64,000 nucleotides of DNA, taken from positions 72,540,001 to 72,604,000 of the forward strand of contig OZ024740.1 in assembly GCA_964016885.1 (NCBI GenBank). The letters run 5' to 3'. Made by a program: the position numbers and the translations under genes. How positions within the stretch are numbered: the first letter of the stretch is position 1; each line of letters begins with the position of its first letter. Of this stretch, positions 55,803-64,000 are shown in pieces. The stretch is from Eledone cirrhosa (lineage: Eukaryota). A model generated the notes under the pieces. It saw only the letters and a program-made list of their open reading frames with translations, was not told the DNA's origin and did no database searches.

Positions 55803-58800
55803 CTTATTATTCCACAATGCTTCAAGCAAACCTCAATACTGCAAGCAGGGAAAAAGCGGACGTAAAATGAAATGATGAAATATGTATAATTATGATGGAA
55901 AGTTTTAGTTTATATAGGAAAACTTTAAAATGAGTAGGTTTGAGGTAGGTTAATATAAAAAAAGCTGCCAAACAAACAATTTAATGCACTTTCTTACAGG
56001 TTTTTTTTAAGTATTCAGGAAATTCATTAATTTTTGCCAATCACTATACCTAATCAAGCAATAAAATGGAAATGAACAGTATCTGATTGATCTTTATATA
56101 GAAATTCTGATTAATTTATTAGTAAAAGAAAATTATTTAAATTTATATTAATGAATGTTAATTAAAAATTATGAAAACTAAAATATATTTAATGATAATG
56201 TTACTGCTACTGCATTGTTTTAGGGTCAAATTTCCAGCTAAAGCAGAGGTTAACCTTATGGGGCCCTATTTCAAGCTTCATACTCACTATGGGGTCCTTT
56301 CTAAGGTAATGTTTTACAGCCAGATCCCTTCCTGGTGCCAATACATTTACTTGCCTCATATGACATATAGGGATCCAGTGTCTTTGTTCTAAACCAGATT
56401 CACACATAGATGTTATTTGATGATAATATCTATGATAGAAAATTCTTAATTTAAATTAATGTAAAATGAAAATAAGTTGGATAATAATAATATCTAATGC
56501 CTTTCACTGTGTACGGAGATTGCCAGAGGTGTCTGAATTTCTGTGATACTTAATCCTTTTATGACTGCATTTCTAATGAAATACACTCTATTTCAATTAA
56601 TTGTTGATGAATTTTGAGGGATTTACTAAAATTATTAATTATTTCATTACAAAAATAGTAATTTAATGTAAGGTTCTTATATAAAATTATGTTGGAAACC
56701 TTTAAAAGGGGGATTTTATTTCATAGAACCAGAGTGGTTTTGGCTTTGATGGTGGTATCAAATGTGTTAAAAGAGATGAAAGAATGTCATTTAATGTTCT
56801 ATTGTAAATGGTGTCTCTACTTTTTTCTGTAGCTCTAAATATGATGTCTTCTATGAATTTATAAGAGACGGAAAGATTACATTACACTACATTTAGTTGT
56901 TGGTGTTAGATTAAAATAATTTGATACATTAGGTCTACTTTCAAACATTTATTTTCATAGTACTTCTGTTATGTACAGTTTACAGGTATGTTACAATGAT
57001 ATTGTCAATAGTGAGAGTCGAGTCTTAAAAATAAAAAAAATAAAAAAAAACCCAATCCAATTTTAGACAAATCTCAAAATATATGAACTGTGTGTGTGCC
57101 GGCCGTGCCGTGCCGTGCCGTGCCGCCCCAGGGTGGCCTCAGCCTGCCAACTGGAACATGATAGAATATGTGTGAGTATATATATATATATATATGTTTT
57201 TGATAGATATAAAGAATATATTCAATAGTCTGCATTCAGCTGGTAGACATTCCTATCATCAGCTGTCAACTGGAGATATCAACAATGTTGGCAGAATATA
57301 ATTTGGTTAATAAAAACTAGTGATCCATTGGAAAATTCAATTTTCTAAACTGTTGAGTACAAACAAATCTCAAAAGTAGTTTTTCAATGTGACTATCTTA
57401 GAAAAGTATAGTTAGCCAAATAAACCTATATTTTACACAAGCTACCTGACATAGTAATCAGTTGTTAAGCTGATATCAAATATATCCATCTATACATTCA
57501 ATTACCCAGGTATGTTAACAATTTCTCAGTGTCTGTTGTGAATGTAAGTTATCCACTAAGCCATCTGACGGGTGTAGTAAACGTATGAAGTTCAAAGCTT
57601 GTTACAAATAGATTCACATTTCTTATTTCTACTCAATTACTTAAGTATGTACTTAATAATAGTTTAGTTTCCTTTGTGAATATGTTATGTTGACAAGTTC
57701 TCCAATTAGTTACCTGGCAGATATGATAATCAGTTAAAAAGCTCATAGCTTATAACAAATATATATATATATTTCTTAATTATTTTCATTAGCCAGGCAG
57801 GTAATTAATTGCTTAATTGCTGCTGTTTTTTTTCAAGTTATCCACACAATCATGACAAGTTCTTCACACAGTAATGGATGCCAATTCTTGGACAAACATC
57901 AGTGTTGTATCCTGGGTGTTTCATGTCTTACAATATAGACCTTTATCCAGCTGACTGAACTGAGGCTCATCAAGCCAAGTGGAGTTCTACTGTCCTCACT
58001 GGTCACTTCACTTCACCCAGAACCTTTTAGATGCCCTCTCTGCTGCTTCCATGTTGTGTCTGATGTCTTTACCTCTGCTTGCTCCTATAATCCCCAGTGT
58101 TCATTAGATGTAGAAATCAAGTGTTAAGAAACTCAAAGCTTCATTCTATTGAAAACTTAGAAATGTTTTGAAAAATTGCTCAGTTTCTGCTGTGAATACT
58201 AAATACTTTTTTTTTCTTCTTCACCCACTTATTCCTGGGAGGGTTGTGGTAGCAGAGTCCTCAAACACTCCATCCAGCGGGTTTTGTTAGCAGCAGCCAT
58301 CTCCAATTGATTCGGCTGGATCCCCAAGTGAGACCAGCCAAGCTTGATAGGATTATTAGATCAGTCATGCCATCCAGTTATCACATATAGTTTTAATAAG
58401 TATATATGAATTAGCTTGATTATTACTGTAGTATTTTCATGCTCTCATGAAACACATACAGCCACTAACATACAAACAGCCACACACACACACACAAACA
58501 CAAACACAAACACAAACACAAACACACAAACACTATTACTAGTTAAATAAATGATTAGTAAGGCTATTATTCAGCTTAGTACTCCAAGCTTTAAAGAAAA
58601 CTAGATATTAATTTTATGTAAAACTGACAGTTAAACCATTTCAAATTTCTGTCTGAAACGGTCTCTCTATTGTTGAAAATTTATAAAATTTTAAAACCGA
58701 ACATACATACTTTCATGCATACACACATTAGCTTAATATCTGATAATGGCGTATATTTGTTACTATAATGCCGACAATACCAGTTTTAACATCTAAACCT

Positions 58801-61800
58801 ATTGCTATTGCTTGTTTCCCTCTATCTGTTAGTGTTAATTTTTTATATTCACTTGCGGCATTACATGCACACCAAGGTTTTTAATGTAATTTCCTTGCTA
58901 AAGCAAAGGTAAATATTACGGGTGTCATGACAATATGGTGTCCCTTTTAAAGGCAATGTCTTGCGGTCCGATGCCGTTCCTAGTACCAACCTTTTTATGT
59001 ACTCAATTCTACAAATTATATATTTTCCACGTAGCTTTCCAAGACGACGAAGCTTAACTAGATAGTGTAATAACTTAATGGATACTAATTCAAGGGGAAT
59101 AATTTCAATTCGTTTAAGGGAGATAACCCAGACATTGTATTGAAAAGATTTTCCTTTTCCATACGGCAAACTCGTATTCTATTTAGTAAATACAGTAGAA
59201 ATATTTCCTGAATAGGCCATCACTAGTTTCTTGTTTTCTAAATATTTCTCACTATTATTTGATACATTAACATTAAATGTTATGAGAATTTCACTCAATT
59301 CCATTCCTAATTTTGTCTATTGTAGCTAGGTAGGTGATAACTTATATTTAAGTGACTGTTATATATATATATATATATATAAATGAGAAACCTTTCTTAG
59401 ATGCCATCAAAACGGTAAAAGCTTAACCGTAGGGCAGAGAATCTTTAAAATAAAATCTACTCTTTACTTTTCTATTGAGTACTAATTTGAATAATGGCCT
59501 TTCTGGTCCACACACACATATATATATGAAGAATATGGTAGCATTCTGGAATATTACATCATTGCTGTTTTACATATTTCAATGATATCAATTATGTAAA
59601 TTATACAACCTCGTCAGACAGCTATTTTGTAATTGTTTATATTGTGATGTTCTAAGTGAGTGGTTTTGATGTCACCTCAAGCATGGTTAACATACATATA
59701 TATAATGGCTAAGTGGTGAGTCTTGATACTCTGGAGTTTCATGTGTATTTACAGGATCATCAGACAATACTTCAGTATTGCATACTCAATATCACACATA
59801 TATTCCTTAAATAACATAACGTGAGTGAGTGTGTCTATATATGAGTGTGTGTATGTGTATCTAAAAACATTCTTTAAGTAACATGGCTGGTGAGACAAGA
59901 TGGCTCGTACCATTTGATATTAAAAAGGGAGTGAGAAAAAACAAACACTCAACCAAACCAGCTGAAACATATTAAAAATAGTTTATTGTAGGAAATGACT
60001 GTAAAGGTGGAGACAGCATCGCACAGTTGTTATGCTGTCTTCTAGTCTACACTCATTTTCATTACTGATCATCTTATTGATGGTACCATTTAAAGAACAC
60101 TGTGAAACAGTTGCTGACACATTGTTCGATCAAATACTTAGATATTTAGAACAAAATCTTGCAGAGAGAGAAAGAAAAATAAGGAGCTGATCATCAGATC
60201 AGATCAAGGAAACAATGTTTGTATTTGTCCTTTCATTGTTGATTGATTTGTTAGTCACAACTAGCAGAAGGAAGGAGCTGATCATTAGAATAGATCAAGG
60301 AAACAATGTTTCTATCTGTCTTTTCATTGCTGAAACTGTCAGTCACAACTCCTGGCAGAAGGTGTGATTTTTAAACAGATTTTGGGGACTTTTTATTTCT
60401 CTCCATCTCTTTTTAACTTCTGCCAGGAGTTATAGAGAGAAGTGGAAAGGAAAGGCCCTCTTAATCTGAGGATTTCATCATCTGCCTTTGATAATAATTA
60501 TTCTGTATCTTCCTCAGAACAAACTATTATCATTTTGTTAGCTGTTGACATTTGAAAAGTGAGTTCTGCAAGAATCATTGATTATGAATGATACTACCAA
60601 TAATTGTAACAAAACTGCCATGGTGATATTTTTTGCTTAGCCAGAGTTTGATATAATATAAGATATCTGCTGGTATGATTGCTATTGTGGGTATGTTGTG
60701 AAGTGCATGTAATGTGCATGCAGTATGCATCAAAGCTGATGCAACAGTCAGCAATTTCCAACAGATATTTCAAACATGCTCTATAGCGTAAAATCTTGTT
60801 GAATTTGGGATGTTTTTATTCATACACATACATTTACATTCATATCTTGTGGGTGAGTGTGTGTGGATGCAGGTATAGCTGAGTATTTAAAATGTTCACT
60901 CCACAATCACAAAATCCAGGGTTCGATCCCACTGCATGTCAGCTTGAGCAAGTCTCTTTACCATTACCTTGGGTTAACTAAAACTTTGTGACAAAAACTG
61001 TGGAAGCCCAGCATATGGATCATACCTGTAGCTCATAGGTCTAGTTTTGTCATATTATGTCATACTGCTTCTGCCTGAGAATTACTTTAAGGGTACACGT
61101 GTTTGTGGAATACTCAACCACTTACATGTTAATTCATGAGTCAGACACCTGTTGATAGAGTGACTGAATGCTCATTGTTGAAACTGATAGAAGACTGATC
61201 TTACACACACACACACAGTTGTTACATAGCTATCTATACAGTCATAGCTATGTTATAGCTAAATATAGTTTTCATAACTATTACATAGCTAAAACCTTAA
61301 CTGTTTCTCAGTGAATTTGTTTTGAAAGAGAAAGTAAATATGTTAATATTAGCTCTGTAAATGTTTTGCTATAGTACTTAACATAAAACAGAAAGGAAAT
61401 GGATTTATTTGTTAATATGAGCTCTTTAAATGTTTTTCTACAGTTCTTAACACACAACTTGTTTTCTGTGTTATTCTTTTAATAAATCATTTATTTGAGT
61501 GAATTAGCTTGAAACCAAATCATAAAATAAGTACAACACACAATTGCTAATTATTTTCTTAAATTATATATTTTGTTTCAGTAAATATCTTAGTTTCAAT
61601 GAGTCATTTACTGTGATGATAGATGGCTAACTTGAACCTAAGCATCTATTTAACATTACATTAATGCATTTAATAGGAATCTAGATGTCTATGAAATCTC
61701 TGATAAAAACTTAGTGTAGATTATTTACTATTATAGCAGCTAAAATATGGTATTAAAAAAATAATCTTAAGTGAAACAAAATTCAACATTTCTTTGTTCT

Positions 61801-62585
61801 TATATAATAATCATTTCTGTAGCTATTTTACCACATCTCTTTTGTTACTATATTTCCAATATTTAAAAAACTAATCAAGAACTTGGAGGGATTTAGTCAT
61901 ATAGCTAACTTTCTCATCATTAGGCTGGTGCTTGGTGCATAACTTAATTTTTTTTTTTTTTTTTTTTTTTTTTTACATAAAATTATGATGAAGTTTTAAA
62001 ATAAATATAAACACCTTAAAACAACCAGTTTTGTATCATAGAATTTTCAGGCAGTTTAGTATCAAAAGGGTTAATTACATTATGTAAAACAGAAGGGCAT
62101 AAAACCTGTGAATTACAAACATTTTGGTGTGGACCACTGGTGGTATAATTAGCCTGTGTTGTACATCACTGATTTATAGAATGGTTAAACAAAAGGTTAA
62201 AGGACAGCTACTATATTTTTTTTGTGTAAATATGAAATAATTTTCCTGTGTGGTCTACTGACGCTTTTCTTTTTATTAATGTTATGTTTGCTGTTATTTC
62301 ATCTGTTGAATATAATTTGCTATTTTTTTAAAATTCTCTTTTAGTGTTGCATGATATTGCTTGAGATAACTGAGAAAATCATCACACATGGACTAAATAG
62401 AAATAATCTTTAATATTTTAATAATTTAACCTTTCCATTACCATATTTCTTATGAAAAACGCTACCAACGATTTTCAAATAAGAGGGATCTAGTAATATA
62501 ACTAACTCTAATTATTAAGCTGGTGTTTAGAACATAACTCAGCAAATGTTCTTACATACAATTATGATGGAAAATGTTTAGCTAA

Positions 62586-62905
62586 ATGTAACTGGCACTT
62601 AGTTGGTTATGACGAGTGATCCAGTTGATATGATCAACTGTTCATGAAATTAATGTACAAGTGGCTGAGCATTCAACAGACACATGTGCTCTTAATATAG
62701 TTCTTAGGGAGATTCAGCATGACACAGAATGTAACAAGACTGACCCTTCGAATTACAGGTACAACTCATTTTTGCTAGCTGAATGGACTGAAGCAATATG
62801 AAATAAAGTGTCTTGCTCAAGGACACAATCTGCTGCCAGGAATCAAACTCACAACTTTATGATCATGAACTGAATACCATAACCACTAAGCCACATGTCT
62901 TCACA
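62586..62905 (-). mobile_element. SINE family B-related copy inserted in a MITE family 2 element
   Basis: AAAGTGTCTTGCTCAAGGACAC...AACCACTAAGCCAC is the reverse complement of the head and core. MITE 2 sequence on both sides. Confidence 0.7.
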
Positions 62906-63539
62906 GATAAATGTAAATATTTTAAAATAAACAGTTTAGTATATTAAAACCAGGGTTTCAGATAGTTTGGTATCAAGTGTTAAAATATAGGTGACTAACA
63001 AATGAGATATGAACCTAGGCTGTGAAATGGCAGTTTAGTTGTTTGATGGACTTAAGTGATTTTACATATTATTGCAATAACACTGCAAGTGGTGCACCAT
63101 TTGTGTATCCTGCAGATGAGATTGTGGTATTAACCTAGAGGTCTGTGAGTTAGACATTTTTTTAGATTGGCATTTAATATCTACCATCTATTGTGGTCAA
63201 ATATATCTATTATGATCAAATAGGCTATGTACTGTGGTCAAATGCTTCCTTTGACTTTACAACCAATAACTCCAGATAAAAAACAAAATACAATTATTGT
63301 CATTTCTTCCTTCATGTTGCTTGTCTGTTACGTGGTTTGTTTAAGCTGTGTTCTTGTTATTTGGTTTTCCAACTAATAGGCACCAATTTGATTGATTCTG
63401 TGTAGCCCCAGAAAGATGTCTGACCTTATTTCTTTCTCAATATCGTCATTAAATATTTACTGCTCTGAAACCGTTTCCCTTTTCTACTGCTTTTCTGTCT
63501 GAAAAAAAGGGTTAGCAGTAAACTTGCAGCCTTGTCTAT

Positions 63540-63657
63540 GAAGTTGCCCTTTGTCACCATATGATGCTTTACTGCTGTTAACAGCAAAGGAAACCGAGGG
63601 AAGTTGCCCTTCATCACCATATGATGCTTTACTGCTGTCAACAGCACAGGAAACCGA
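63540..63657. repeat. 60-bp tandem duplication
   Basis: AAGTTGCCCTT..TCACCATATGATGCTTTACTGCTGT.AACAGCA.AGGAAACCGA at 63541 and 63601. Confidence 0.9.
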
Positions 63658-63882
63658 CTCTATATATAGCCTTGTGATCAATGTTTTCAATGAGTAAAAT
63701 AAAGATTTTTCTCATTTTTTTTTCTTTCTTCATGAAATGAAATTTAGTGTTTTTTTTTTTTTTCTTTTTCTTTTTTTTTTCCCTCTTTCTCTTTTTTTAC
63801 TTGCTACAACAAAACCCCAAATAGATTTTCTTCTCCACACCTTAAGAGATTGTGTTTTGTATTACAATTTGAGAACTGAAGT

Positions 63883-64000
63883 CATGTGGCCTAGGAGTTA
63901 GGGAGTTGGGCTCACATTCCTAAGATCATGGGTTCAATTCCCAGACCAGTTAACATATTTTGTCCTTGTGTATGACATTTTATTTTACATTGCTCCAGTT
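63883..64000 (+). mobile_element. SINE family B head, cut by window end
   Basis: GTGGCCTAG..GTTAGGG...GGTTCAATTCCC...TTGCTCCAGTT. Confidence 0.7.

Overview
Eukaryotic, AT-rich, repeat-dense DNA. The SINE/RTE/microsatellite landscape looks like a coleoid cephalopod (octopus), which is an inference. The only host gene I can support is the 3' part of a RalGPS-family Ral GEF on the + strand: 10 phase-consistent GT-AG exons from 17577 to 51082, about 350 aa, covering the end of the CDC25-type GEF domain, the linker, the PH domain and the NLMSFD stop. Its upstream exons lie outside the window. Introns carry a >16 kb 23-bp satellite with higher-order structure (1-16367), a 4.1 kb 29-bp satellite and a 31-bp minisatellite. 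They also carry a 5'-truncated RTE-type LINE with a PHD-like C4HC3 finger, two tRNA-derived SINE families, piggyBac-, mariner- and pogo-like MITEs and a probable Helitron. Downstream of the stop lie a SINE cluster and a near-perfect 132-bp foldback. Most ORF-track entries are microsatellite or satellite artefacts. I found no CRISPR or prokaryote-type system and cannot claim a new biological system. The best leads are the foldback, a candidate 18-nt microexon, the intron-filling satellites and minisatellites seeded by retroelements.
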